Part shown: positions 11,271-23,520 of the stretch, one piece after another
Position numbering within the stretch: position 1 is the stretch's first letter
How the letters are laid out: each line of letters opens with the position of its first letter
Translations under genes and position numbers: made by a program
The notes under the pieces: generated by a model
Databases searched by the model: none
What the model was told of the DNA's origin: nothing
Seen by the model: only the letters and a program-made list of their open reading frames with translations
Origin: Octopus vulgaris
Lineage: Eukaryota
Direction: 5' to 3'
Assembly: GCA_951406725.2 (NCBI GenBank)
Contig: OX597831.1
Coordinates: forward strand, 58,528,001 to 58,592,000
Length of the DNA: 64,000 nt

Positions 11271-14044
11271 TGCCCAACGCGAACGCTCTTTGCAACACGA
11301 AGAAAGTAACTGTTGCATCAGTGGCTTGACATTGTAAATAATATCATTAACTGATATAGCAGTTTCAAAATTTACATTTCGACATATGTCACTTTATATA
11401 TGAAGTCAATTACTATCTAATACTCGACTATAATGGAAGAGCAGGTGTATCGCCCACTAAAAAGAAAGCTGTAATTGCTTGCTATGTATTTATGAGAACA
11501 GAATGATGAAATGAAACAGGATCTGCTGGGATACCATACAGCAACGAAAATATATAGAAGATATTAAATAGTAAATACAAACACACTCACACGCACCTCC
11601 CCTCACACACAGATACAGGCCCCCTCCACAGAAACATGCATCATAGCGCATCGAAAATATACACCGTATTACATTAATCTAGACATTTATGTGTACCCCA
11701 TAGCAACATCATAGTAATAACAATTTCTTACATAGACTCAAACTACAAATTTGCGATGAGGTTTCAATCGACTATATCACTACAGAACTGAGGCAGTAGT
11801 AGTTTAAGTGGAAGGTAACATCGGAGGGATTTTGAATTCGGTTCGGAGTGCAGCGCTGCTAATACTCAATCATTATGTCTGATATTCTGAAGATTCCCTC
11901 AATCTGTCTTTATTATCCTGATGTTAATAATATCTTAAACTAGAACACGGTTAGAGATTTTCGGGGAGTCGCTTAATACGGTATATACAAAGACTGTAAT
12001 ATACAAGACTGTAATATACAGATAAATACTTTCAATAAATACAGTTTTTCATATAGAGTTTGTCTGGCAAATAATATATGTTACTTATACAAGAATTGGG
12101 AAGATTGGTTGCCTCAGCCTTGTTAGACAAGATCTATGAAAAGAATCGCTGAACAAATAACGGAAGCAATGCATGCGCATTCGTCACTACCTTTTAATGT
12201 TTCACAGATTCGTTTCAGTCGATTCCAATATGAAATTGGCCCCACTGCCCGTAATCTATTCCTGATTATAATTCACACGGAAATCTGTTGAGAAGCAAAC
12301 CTCCAAGAGACTAAACTGAAAGATTGCCCCAGTGTTTAACCGACGTTGGCTGGCATGGACTTCCCTCTCACACCAAGACTTCTGTCTGCACTACGTATCA
12401 ATATTGATTGTGTATAACACAAACTTCTACTTTGTGTAGACTACTACCTGAAATTGTGAATAACCAGCAAGTAACCAACAGGAAATTACCTTAACTTTGA
12501 AGAATCGTTATTTCGATGCTATTGACGAAAGGAGCTCTTAAAAAGCACTTCCAAAACTTCTGATGCTATGTGAAAAGTTGACCAGGATTTACCTTCATGA
12601 AGAGGTGTTGTAAGGTTTTCAAAAGAACTCTATCTTCCAGTGTGATAAACTATTTTATTTACCCCATCAACTAACAATTGTTTCTTTTGTGCAGCAATGA
12701 TGCTGAGTAGAAGGTTGGTAGAATATTTAAGGTTTGATGTGGCTGCGCCAATGCTAACGTTATTACTCTTGGTTTTTGTTTTAGCTGTGCTTATTGTTTT
12801 TTCTTTTTAGTTGTTTTTTTTTTTCGGTGGCTTTTGTTGTTGCACTTATAGAAAATGTTATGCCTCTTGTTCTTATTTTTCTGTTGCAGTTGATGTGTTT
12901 GCGACTTTTCCTGTGGTTGGAGTTGTCAGTTTAGTTATATTACGTAATGTTTTTGGTGTTGTTCTTATTGCTGAGGTAATTGTAGTGATGTTTTGTGCTC
13001 TCGTAAAAGATTCCTACATTCATGTTGCGTTTTCTTGTTTTCTTTCATTTTCATCATCATGCGAACCTATCTTCAACACTTGGAGCAAAAAGAAAGATCT
13101 ACGTGCTTGCCGAATCTTCAGGTGATATTAATAGCAACGCTCCAAGAATTATCCTTGGCCACTATTGTGAAAGGGATAGTTGAACTTACCTCATAATATT
13201 CCTGTCGACATTGAATTGTCGTGTATATTATTTTACCATGATCCCGTTTTAAAGAACATGATGAAAGTTTAATGTTTTTATGGCTGATGCTAATACTGGC
13301 GATGGTAATATTTTTGTTAGTGTTGTTATGGCTGTTTCCAGTTCTTTTATTGACTGCTAATCTTAGAGTAGCAGTGATGCTATGGTGCTAGAGATATGGC
13401 TTCCAGCAGTGGCGTTGTCATCTGTTGACGACGTTAAACTTTCACTATAACATTTTTTTGGGCTCCATGTCACCGTCGTCAACTTCAGCATGAGTGGAGA
13501 TAGTATCGCGTATGGTAGTGTTCGTGGTGTTGGTGGTTGGCTTGGATCTGTTTGTCTTACTGACGAATGCTAAGGTAATATCGCCGCCGCTATGAAATAA
13601 TGTTGATATCGGCGTGTGAGTAGGGAAGCCATATGATATGGTCCGAATTGTATTAATGAAAAGTTTGTTACAATAGTTCCCTTCTGTTACTTATTGTTTC
13701 GTCTCGTTTCACGTTCTCATCAAATCATATAAAACTGCATGGCCAAGTTAAATTAAATATTTAGCTTAAATAAATTGAGAGACAAAACAGATCCCTAAAA
13801 TGGGACTTAAAACAACGATTTAACTAGTGAGTTATTTAACAGTTTTGCAATAAGCCAGGACACTGACATAACAAGAAAAAAGATAAAAAGTCGGTAATGA
13901 GAACAAGAACCCCACTGAAAGATGTGCGATGTGAAATCGTGACTCAGATTGCTAGTTTAGAATAAAAACAGTTGAAGTATGACACAAATGCTGCATTGAC
14001 GGAGTGTAATTTTTGCAAAGAATTATTTTGAATGGAAAATGCTT

Positions 14045-14430
14045 AGACTATACATTGAGAAGATTAGAAACGAAATCCTTGAAGATGATGGAGTGAAGTT
14101 CTTAAGGCATTTTCCTATAGAAACTGAAAGAAGAATAGAACACAACAAACCGGTATTATAATCTTTGATAGAAATAAGAAATCTTGTATTGAAATCGACG
14201 TGGCATACCACTTGATTCTGGAGTAAATGAAAAAAGTAGTGTACTTGAACTACGAAAATTCTCAAATGCTGGACCAAATAAGTTAACAAGGTTAAGATCC
14301 TGCCAATTATCATTACGGCTTGGGAACAGTGACAATGTATTTGAGAGAATACACTGGAATGCTAGATTTTAATCTGTTTTAGGGTGAAGACCAAAAACCT
14401 TAATACGAGGTTACGAAAGAATCATTTGAA
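14045..14430 (+). mobile_element. R4/Dong-like non-LTR retrotransposon remnant, restriction-like endonuclease (REL) domain
   Basis: Translates as ILEDDGVKFLRHFPIETERRIEHNKP/IIIFDRNKKSCIEIDVA...ILPIII..LGTV, matching the R4-clade ENxxVKILWDFxIQTDxxIxxxKPDIxxxD..IDVA..IPIIIGALG pattern with frameshifts. Confidence 0.7.
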
Positions 14431-14593
14431 ATACAACTACCCATGGTAAGAACAAATATGATGAGTAGAAGAAAGAAAATATATACATATAGCAAAGACA
14501 CAAAATAATTCTAATCCTAAACTGCGAATTCTGGTTCCAGAGAAAGCATATGTAAATCTGGAAAAACAGCAATACCGCATTGCAACAAAATAA

Positions 14594-15207
14594 CGATGAT
14601 GATGATGATGATGATAATAATAATAATCTTTTCTACTAAAGGCACATAGCCTGACATTTGAGGAGAGGGGACTAGTCGATTACATCGACCCCAGTGTTTC
14701 ACTGATACTTAATTTATGAAGCTGAAAGGATGAAAGACAAAGTCGACCTAACTCGAATTTGAATTCAAAACGTAGCGACTGGCGAAATACCTATTTCTTT
14801 ACTGCCCACAGGGGGCTAAACACAGAGGGGACAAACAAGGACAGACAAACGGATTAAGTCGATTACACCGACCCCAGTGCGTAACTGGTACTTATTTAAT
14901 CGACCCCGAAAGGATGAAAGACAAAGTCGACCTTGGCGGAATTTGAACTCAGAACGTAGCAGCAGACGAAATACCTATTTCTTTACTACTCACAAGGGGC
15001 TAAACACAGAATGGAGAAACAAGGACAGACAAACGGATTAAGTCGATTACATCAACCCCAGTGCGTAACTGGTACTTATTTTTCGACCCCGAAAGGATGA
15101 AAGGCAAAGTCGACCTCGGCGGAATTTGAACTCGGAACTTAACGGCAGACGGAATAAGGCTACGCACTTCGCCCGGCGTGTTAACGAATCTGCTAGCTCG
15201 CCGCTTT
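14594..15207 (-). mobile_element. SINE family A: complete head, three ~183-bp units, terminal tail and (ATT)n/(ATC)n
   Basis: Head GCGGCGAGCTAGCAGATTCGTTAACACG near 15205; B-boxes at ~15133, 14950 and 14766. The last unit ends in an alternative tail CCCCTCTCC..GTGCCTTTAGTAGAAAAGATTATTATT. Confidence 0.9.
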
Positions 15208-15239
15208 TAATAAAGCTTGCTAGTGACAGTTAAGAACGA

Positions 15240-15680
15240 GGAAGTATTGAAAGCAGAGAAAAAGAAAAACAAAGGAAGAATTACACAAATGACATGATTA
15301 AGAATTAGCAAAAAGAGACTACATAATCAATTCCATGTAGCCACAACAGAAGTTGCTGGAAAAAATAGGTGGGATTGGCTGATGAAAGAACCCCCCCCAA
15401 AAAGAGACCGAAAGTACTATCCTGGCAGCGCAGGACCAAGCTCTGGCCACGAACTGGAGAGTCACCTTAGGAATGAGCAAGTATTTCCGCTGTACCGCAT
15501 CTGCAACAGAGTGGGTGAAACCATTGCTCATATCACGAACGAATGCCCTAGACTTGCCCCAAACCACTACAAGTTGTGACAACACAACCAGGTAGCGAAA
15601 GTGCTACATTGGGTACTGTGCGAAAAGTGGGGGCTGGAGAAAGGCAATACGTAGCATGAACACAGACTGTAGAGAGTTTA
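15240..15680 (+). mobile_element. R4/Dong-like non-LTR retrotransposon remnant, zinc-knuckle region
   Basis: KKETESTILAAQDQALATNW, then YRICNRVGETIAHITNECPRLAPNHYKL*QHNQVAKVLHWVLCEKWG: the CCHC knuckle plus RHN motif of REL-type elements, with frameshift and stop. Confidence 0.85.
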
Positions 15681-15823
15681 GTACCTAACTTTTTCCAAAT
15701 ATACCGCCTTACACGAACACATTTGGAAAATTCAGTCTTAGATGTAATATATCTGAACAAGTAATAATTGCAAATACATACTTTCAGAAAAAGGGTTACT
15801 GAGTTCTAAGCAAGACAGTATTG

Positions 15824-16205
15824 TGATCTTTATCGGTTTGAACGGCAGTTTTTTCTAGCGGTGTCATATGAAAGTGTCACCCATAATTATGACCTTAGTA
15901 TCGATCTATTGCATTTCAATCTGTTTTAGGGTTAGGGATGGGGGGAAGGGTATCTTTTTTCTTCACAAAGGTAAATAAACCCAATCTGTTTCTTAAACGA
16001 GGGACATATTCATACGGCACAGAATAATTTTTTCCTCAATAGACGTCATTGATTGGTTGAAATTGCAGAAATTGAAGAAAAATGAAACAAAAAAACCAAG
16101 AGAAAAAGATGCTTTGTAAACACATTCTACCAGTATACGAAGTTTAAAAGTATTTAGTTACGTGGAAATTATTTTTGAAAACTGCTGGTCAAACCGAAAA
16201 GATAC
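15824..16205. mobile_element. MITE / non-autonomous DNA transposon, 382 bp, ~28-bp TIRs, 8-bp TSD
   Basis: Left end TGATCTTTATCGGTTTGAACGGCAGTTTT; right end AAAACTGCTGGTCAAACCGAAAAGATAC. CAGTATTG is duplicated at 15816-15823 and 16206-16213. Confidence 0.85.
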
Positions 16206-16444
16206 CAGTATTGCATTCAACTTTAAACAACATTAGTGGAAAAACTAGCCCCATCCCGAAATCGAAATTGCGTAGTAGATCTTCTCAGAGCGTGCCACTT
16301 AGCCTATTATATTTGCAATACTGCTATTACAGTGTTTGCTAAGCAATGCAGCAAATTCTCTTAAAGTGAAAGTTTTGTCTCATAAGATCAGGAAAAGAAA
16401 TCCATTCCTGTTTTATTGTATATATATATATATATATATATAAG

Positions 16445-16800
16445 AAATGTAGCATGTCTGTAGCAAATTAATCTTAAGATAAGTAAAAATATTCTACAAA
16501 GAGGAAAGAGTTAAGTGAAATTAATCTTTTAGGCTTTGTCTATGCTGACGTCGGAAATTGATTTGCCCAATTCAGTTTAATCTGCGGAATAAAGATTTAT
16601 CGACAGGCTATTCACCTAAGACCGTGACAGGTCTGCCAGGCCTTGTGCAACGATTATGATGTCTGTTGTGATCTTGGAAGTCTATTTCCAGTATTAGTTT
16701 TTGTTATTAATCAGGTTTGACAAAAACGGAGGAGCAGACAGTAATTTCATACATGATGTGTTATTGTGGATGATGACTTACATTAAATCTTGAAGGGTTC
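16445..16800 (-). mobile_element. Possible Penelope-like fragment (linker/Cys region)
   Basis: Weak: the minus strand gives APP..NLINN..CTRP..TC-like residues next to (TA)n. Confidence 0.3.
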
Positions 16801-16862
16801 TTCGTATGTGTACGTGTATGTTTCTGTACATTTACACATAATACATACATACATACATACAA

Positions 16863-16902
<40 letters not shown>

Positions 16903-16918
16903 CCTTCTTATTTTTTCT

Positions 16919-16956
<38 letters not shown>

Positions 16957-17115
16957 CATATATATCTACATATATATGTATATATACATATATATATATA
17001 ATGTACGCATATGGATAAATTATATATTATGTTCATATATGTAAACGTCTCTATGAAACATACATATATTCGTAGATGCATACATACATACACACATACA
17101 TACATACATATATAC

Positions 17116-17199
<84 letters not shown>

Positions 17200-17388
17200 G
17201 TATATATTTGTATATATATGTATATATGTATATATATATGTATATATATATATATATATTAGTGTAGTTTGATCGAATAATTAACGATTTCGTTTCTTAA
17301 TCACTTGGTTTCGAGTTCGAATGCACTGCTTTGTTATTTGAACAAATGGACAAATGTAAATTTGTTTAACCTTGTGTCATCTCGTACC

Positions 17389-17791
17389 TTACTCTTTTAC
17401 TCATTAACTTGTTTCAGTCATTTGACTGCCGCCATGCTGGAGTACCGCTTTTAGTCGAGCAAATCGACCCCAGGCCTTATTCTTTGTAAGCCTAGTACTT
17501 AAACTATCGGTCTCTTATGCCGAACCGCTAAATTACGGAGACGTAAACACACCAGCATCGGTTGTCAAGCGATGTTGGGGTGAGGGGACAAACACAGACA
17601 CACACACACATATATACATATTTATATACATATATACGACAAGCTTCTTTCAGTTTCCGTCTACCAAATCTACTCACAAAGCTTTGGTGGCCCGAGGCTA
17701 TAGTAGAAGACACTTGCCCAAGGTGCCATGCAGTGGGACTGAACGCGGAACCATGTGGTTTGTACGCCAGCTACTTACCACTTTTACGCCT
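17389..17791 (-). mobile_element. tRNA-derived SINE, family B, near full length
   Basis: Matches 23133-23520 and 24714-25165 (GGTTC..AGTCCCACTGC, GATTTGGTAGACGGAAACTGAAAGAAGC, internal (TG)n, tail CAGCATGGCCGCAGTCAAATGACTGAAACAAG). Confidence 0.9.
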
Positions 17792-17839
17792 GTATGTGTA
17801 TGAAACCCTTGTGTAACAAATTATCTAATCATTTTTATC

Positions 17840-18140
17840 TTTCATGGATCAACTGTGGCATTTTAAAGCCGGTGCGTGACTTGATGGAGATCTTTTATTA
17901 GTATGTTTTGCAATCAGGGACTTGTTAAGTATAGAACCTTGGTTGTGTTCTTTCATATGGCTTGTAAGATCAAATATCCGTTCGACTTGAACATTCCTTG
18001 CCACATAAATCGCCTAACAAATTAGCTGCTAGAAATTGGTTGTACTCAACTTGAGGTGTGTGAGCAGCTTTGTGTTTGTGATTTGTGAGGGCAGCTCTGC
18101 AGAGGCAAACTCGCTTGCATTTATCACAATAAATGTCTAT
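17840..18140 (-). mobile_element. RTE-like LINE C-terminal remnant with tandem C2H2 zinc fingers
   Basis: YCDKCKRVCLCRAALTNHKH, then GDLCGKECSSRTD..SHMKEH, then KSRTGF..H: the CxxCxRxCxSRxGLxxH finger type seen at RTE C-termini. Broken by a stop and frameshifts. Confidence 0.5.
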
Positions 18141-19257
18141 ATGTATACATAAATACATACATGTGCGGAGATTTCGTGCCAGTGTAGTAACTTTTTTGTT
18201 TATCATTGCCAGGTGACAGCTGAAACGTTAGAAGCTTGCTTGTAAAAAATATCCATTTAATGATTCGATACGAAAGACTCAAAACATCAAGACAAATTTA
18301 AAGTTAGATATGTAGTGATGCAATCATGTATCAGGTAATGGAGATGAAATAAATAATCTAAAAGGTAATACAATAAAAAGTAATGGGAAGGATAAAATAG
18401 ATGGCAAAGGAGTGTGATTTGGGAAAATAGACGGACAGAGGAAGCAAAATACAACGACAAAAGAAATTGTATAGAAAAAGAAGAGAAGAAAAAGAGAAAG
18501 ACGTGGAAAAATACGTGTAGGTAGGAATAAATGAATAATTTGGTGGAGGGGAGGAAATGGATTAGACGCAAAAAGAAAAGAAAATAGATTATGAAATGCA
18601 AACAGAAGCACGATGAAAGAATGCTTGGATTAGGATTGTCTGAGAATTTCGGTATATTTTAAATGACTTACATTCGTGGACATGCTAAAATTATGTGGAT
18701 ACGTTTGACCTCTTTGAGTTATGGTAGGCGAAACAATAAATATAAACGTTGACTACTTATGAGTTCTGCTCTTTGACGGGTCTTGTTTTTTGTTCCGCAA
18801 GATGTCCAACAATCCCCCTCTTCACCAGGCAAGCTTGGTGGGGTTGTCAGTCCCGTGTTTATTGTTGTGCAGTTCAAGATGTTTGACATTTGCTTGTGTT
18901 GAGATCTGAAAGTTCTGTGTGTGAATTAGGCTGTGCTAATGATGATGGTGTCTGTGATAATGGTGGTAGTGGTGTTGATGGGGACGATGTTCTTGTTGAC
19001 GGTAATGGTGTGGCTGCTGTTGAGGGAGGTATTTGAAAATCACTTTTCGATGGTGTCTCTCCACAACTTCTGGTTACCTGCCAGTTTTTTGTGATAACAT
19101 CGGTGCTGCTTTACTTCGTTTTCCTTTGATCTACAAACATTTTGCCATTAGGAACTTCCTGCTCCTTCTCACAGCAGGACATGTCTAATTCTAAGAAATA
19201 AATATTGCGGGGCATTCTGTGTTTTTTCTGTTGATAAAGTTCTTGTTGTTTTAGGGA

Positions 19258-19632
19258 ATTCTATCAGTTCTACTAAGATAGAGACGCGAGTAAAATTCAT
19301 AATAGAGAAACGAAAATAAAACTTTGAAAACAGCAACGCCGCCATAACTTACGTGGAAGCTATGTGCGTGCTTTCAAGGTAGATGATCAGGGAAAGACTT
19401 AAAAGTAAACGTAAGATCGTAATACTTCATGTAAATTAAAGTATATGTAACAAATAATCCAAAATCCTTGTCCGATACCGGATCGATCCCAAAATCTAAT
19501 CAGTGCGTACCAGTCACAAAGCCAAACATCTCTGAAAGTTTCAAACAAATCTATCCAGCGGTTCCTGAGATGTATTGTTAACGGATAAACAAACACGACT
19601 GAAAACAATACCTCCGCCTTTGCAAAGGCAGA

Positions 19633-19640
<8 letters not shown>
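19258..19640 (-). mobile_element. Helentron-associated (HINE/DINE-1-like) non-autonomous element, 5' part
   Basis: Minus strand begins TTATTACCTCTGCCTTTGCAAAGGCGGAGGTATTGTTTTCAGTC (5' subterminal inverted repeat). Colinear with 48005-48367. Confidence 0.7.
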
Positions 19641-19667
<27 letters not shown>

Positions 19668-19727
19668 TAATAATAATAATAATAAAAATAATAATAAAAA
19701 TAATAAAGATGATGATGATGATGATAA

Positions 19728-19799
<72 letters not shown>

Positions 19800-19837
19800 T
19801 AATAATAATAATAATAATGATGATGATGATGATGATA

Positions 19838-19887
<50 letters not shown>

Positions 19888-19926
19888 AATAGTAAAAATA
19901 AAAATAATAATAATAATAATAATAAT
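19635..19926. repeat. (AAT)n/(GAT)n microsatellite
   Basis: Direct reading. Source of the poly-I/M/L/S ORFs in the track. Confidence 0.98.
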
Positions 19927-19978
19927 TCCACAGTTATACTATTGCTATTTTAATGTGTGTCATTGCATTCACAATGTG

Positions 19979-20045
<67 letters not shown>

Positions 20046-20853
20046 ATGTGTGTGTGTGTGTCTGTCTATCTATCTATCCATCTATCTATCAATGTATCTC
20101 TCTATCTGTCTGTTTGTCTGTCTTTCTGTTTGTCTGTCTGTTTATCTTTCTTTCTTGCTTTTTTTCTTTCTTTCTTTCCTTCTTTCTTTATTTCTCTCTA
20201 TCTATTTATTTATCAGTCTGTCTGTCTGTCTATCTATATATCTTGGTCACTCTTTTTCTTTCCATCGAATTAAAATGTGCTTACGGATGAATTGAAATAA
20301 TACTAAAACACATCGCTTGCTTTTCCGACTTCTAAAAACAAAAACAAAAAAAACTTAATCCGTATTTTATATATTGCATCATTCAAACACTACCATCAAT
20401 TGGTATCTCTTGAGTGTTGATTTTAGATTTAATTATCGCTGGAGGGATTGTTTTCCTATTACTGCTTGCATAATCTCTGTAAGAGAATGTTTCCACTTCA
20501 TTTTATTCATTAACTTATTTATATTAAGCATGCAGATCGTTCCCTTGAGGTGTTTTCCTTTATCCCTATTGCTGACATTCATTTCCTCTATTTCTCTCTT
20601 TGTTATGAAGTCCCTGGTTAGTTTAATATAATTTTATGTCTGTAAATATCAGTGATTTGAATGGTTGGCTACAGACAGAAAATAGTTGGTGGGATAGGCG
20701 CATAAGATAGCTTTTAAGGGATGGCTATTGACACCAAATGCATACGGCAGATATGCGGATACACATTTTTAACTACGGTTTTGTTTTTTTAATATGTATA
20801 TGACTGGAGCTTCAATGACAATGTGAAGAGTAATATCTTCACATAGAAAATAT

Positions 20854-21017
20854 TGCGTAGGCGTGGCTGTATAATAATAAGCTTGGTTCCCACCAAATAA
20901 TTCTAGGTGCAGTCCCTCTGTCCAGAACTTTGGGCAGGTATATTCTACTATAGCCTCGGGCCGACCGAAACTATTTTAGTGGATTTTGTAGACAGGCAAG
21001 GAAAAGAACCCTGTCGT
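20854..21017 (+). mobile_element. SINE family B, diverged 5' half
   Basis: GCGTAGGCGTGGCTGT..TTCTACTATAGCCTCGGGCCGACC..GTGGATTTTGTAGAC, ending in (TATG)n. Confidence 0.75.
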
Positions 21018-21128
21018 ATGTATGTATGTATGTATGTATGTATGTATGTATGTATGTATGTATGTATGTATGTATGTGTCAACAATAAAGATAATACAGG
21101 TTACTACGAAGCGGCACAGCATTACCTT

Positions 21129-21179
<51 letters not shown>

Positions 21180-22485
21180 TTTCTTGACATTTCGGTCAGC
21201 ATTCATCACTCCACTCTCACCACCTCCATCCACTACAAACACACAGACTCACACTCATACTTCTTCTTCTACTCCTCCCATCTTAAACATACCAAGCTTT
21301 CCATCCCCTATTCCTAATTCCTCCGTCTACGCAGGCTATGTATGAAGACCATGACTTTGAGACTCACTCTCAACTCATGGCTCTCCACTTCATCCTACGT
21401 GGATATCCCCTTACCACTATCCACATTTATCTTCCTGGAGCACGTTCCGTTGACCATGCATCTGCTCTCTCCCCCTGCACTCGACCCACCGTTTCCCATC
21501 TCCCGATTCCCCACGCCTACCTCCCCACCACCCTACCTCTCGAATGCACCAATCTCCGAGCCCTCCGTCGACTACAATCCGATCCCTCCACTACGCACAT
21601 CCTCCTCTCCTTCAAACGAGCCCACAACCTACGAAACCGCTTGTTCCATAGCTTCTTCACTAACCCAATCTCCCAACCCGGCTCGTTCCCCTGCTCCCGC
21701 CCACGCTGTGGCACTTGCTCTTGCCACTCCAACACCAACCGCCTCACCGACACCCATCATCGACCCTATCATATCACCAACTCTTTCACCTGTACTTCTA
21801 TCAATGTTATCTAGTGCATCTCTTGCTCACTCTGCCCTTCTCATAGAGCAAACGGGACGCCGCTTGACTGACTGGTTCGCGGAACACCTCCGAAATATCC
21901 GACTCGGCAATGACACCCCGGTCTCGCGCCATTTCCGCTCTACCGGTCACTCTTTGACAAACCTGTGGTGTTCTAATTGTCTTTGCACAGGTGCCATCCG
22001 GACTTCCGTTTGCGCCGTGAACAGGGATTAACTTTCTCTCTTCGCTCCTTTGTGCCACTTGGGCTCAACTCTCTTCTCCTCTTCGTCTACTCTCCTCCCC
22101 TCTCCTCTCTCCCTCTCACACCTACGTCCTCCCCACCACCTATCCTCTCTTGTACCGACTGCTACATCTTCTCTTCACGCACATACATGCTCTCTTATAC
22201 ACACTCACGCGCACCTTCCTTTTGAGATCACCACTACTTTATTATCTCCCCTTCTTCCTAGCTGTCCTGTGTGACGCATCTGCTGAGCATTCGCCATGAT
22301 AGATCTCTAGCCACTACACATTCTTTATTTTCTCTCCTTATTTCTTTCGATGTTCCTTTATGTGGAAGAGCGTTGTCTCGAAACGTTAAAGACTTTTTCA
22401 CTTCCCGAGGGTTAAACTAGTACATCCATTTGTTGCCTACACCACTTGTCTTCGTCTTTTGTGATTTTTGTGAATTTTCCCTTTA
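21180..22485 (+). mobile_element. Penelope-like element (Neptune-type), 5'-truncated: RT thumb, Cys linker, GIY-YIG endonuclease and 3' pLTR
   Basis: HYKHTDSHSY..SSH.KHTKLSIP..LRLRRLC..HFILRGYP; FPCSRPRCGTC; NSFTCTSINVI*CISC; EQTGRRLTDWFAEHLRNIRLGNDTPVSRHF; VPLGLN. Flanked by (TA)n on both sides. Confidence 0.9.
22356..22391 (+). ncRNA. Hammerhead-like motif in PLE pLTR (variant core)
   Basis: CTTT-ATGTGGA-A-GAG-CGTTGT-CTC-GAAA-CG-TT-AAAG: stem I CTTT/AAAG, stem II GAG/CTC. Confidence 0.55.
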
Positions 22486-22513
22486 TATATATATATATAT
22501 ATATATATATTAA

Positions 22514-22720
22514 GATGTACTTGCATAGCAAGTGACCTGATCTGAGATCGTGTGCTGAAACGAAAACAATTGCAGCGTCGAAAATGTTTATAAGCCATTT
22601 AAGAAACACACAAAAACAGATTCACTTCAACATTTAAATTTAATTTGTCAAAATATTTTCGTCGCTTTGAGACAGCGACCTGTTCACTGACAAAACCTCG
22701 TGCTGCACGAATGTTGAACT
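22514..22720 (-). repeat. Dispersed repeat (probable PLE terminal fragment), paralog of 61420-61620
   Basis: TACTTGCATAGCAAGTGACCTGATCTGAGATCGTGT..TCGCTTTGAGAC is shared with 61420-61620. Both lie next to microsatellites. Confidence 0.7.
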
Positions 22721-22844
22721 GAATCTAATGGCTTATAAACACCTTCGACGATTTTAATTATATATATATATATGTATATATATATACAGATTTACACAGA
22801 CATACACGTGTTTAAAATTAACCGATAAGTAACACTACTATAAT

Positions 22845-23070
22845 GTTGTGTGTGTTTGTTTCTGTGTTGGTCCCCCCTACCACTTGACAACCGGTGTTAT
22901 TGGGTTTACTTCCCCATAACCTACCATTTCTGTAAAAGAAAGATAGAATAAATACTAGGTTTAAAAAAATAAAAAATTAGTACTGGTGTCGATTCATTCG
23001 ACTAAAAATTCTTCTCAGCGGAATCCTACCATGGCCACAGCCTGCTAACTGAAACAAGTAAAGGATAAAG
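22845..23070 (+). mobile_element. SINE family B, diverged 3' half
   Basis: CACTTGACAACCGGTGTT..GTCGATTCATTCGACTAAAA..CATGGCCACAG..ACTGAAACAAGTAAA. Confidence 0.75.
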
Positions 23071-23132
23071 ATGCATGTTTGCACGTGAATATTTCTTTAC
23101 TATTCACATAGAAGGATTTCATACACATATAT

Positions 23133-23520
23133 CGTAGGAATGGATGTTTGGTAAGTAGCTTTCTTACCAACCACTTGGTTCCGGGTTCAGTCCCACTGCA
23201 TGCACCTTGGGCAAGTGTCTTTTACTATAGCCTCGGGCTGACCAAGGCATTGTCAGTGGATTTGGTAGACGGAAACTGAAAAGAAGCCTGTCGTATATGT
23301 GTGTGTGTGTGTTTGTGTCTGTGATTGTCCCCTCCAACATCGCTTGACAACAGATGCTGGTGTCTTTACGTCCCCGTAACTTCGTTGTTCGGCAATAAAG
23401 ACCGATAGAATAAGTACAAGGCTTACCAGGCTTACACAAAATAAGTCCTGGGGTCGATTTTCTCGACTAAAGGCGGTGCTCCAGCATGATCGCAGTCAAA
23501 TGACTGAAACAAGTAACACA
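23133..23520 (+). mobile_element. SINE family B, full length
   Basis: Head with TGGTAAGTAGC and CCGGGTTCAGTCCC (A/B-box-like); body and tail as in the other copies. Confidence 0.9.

Noticed and set aside
15926-15937. TTAGGG repeats as an interstitial telomere
   Set aside because: Only two units, and they are internal to a MITE.
18790-19255. Pro/Ser/Thr-rich reading on the minus strand
   Set aside because: Interrupted by stops with no diagnostic motif; possibly LINE ORF1 debris but unsupported.
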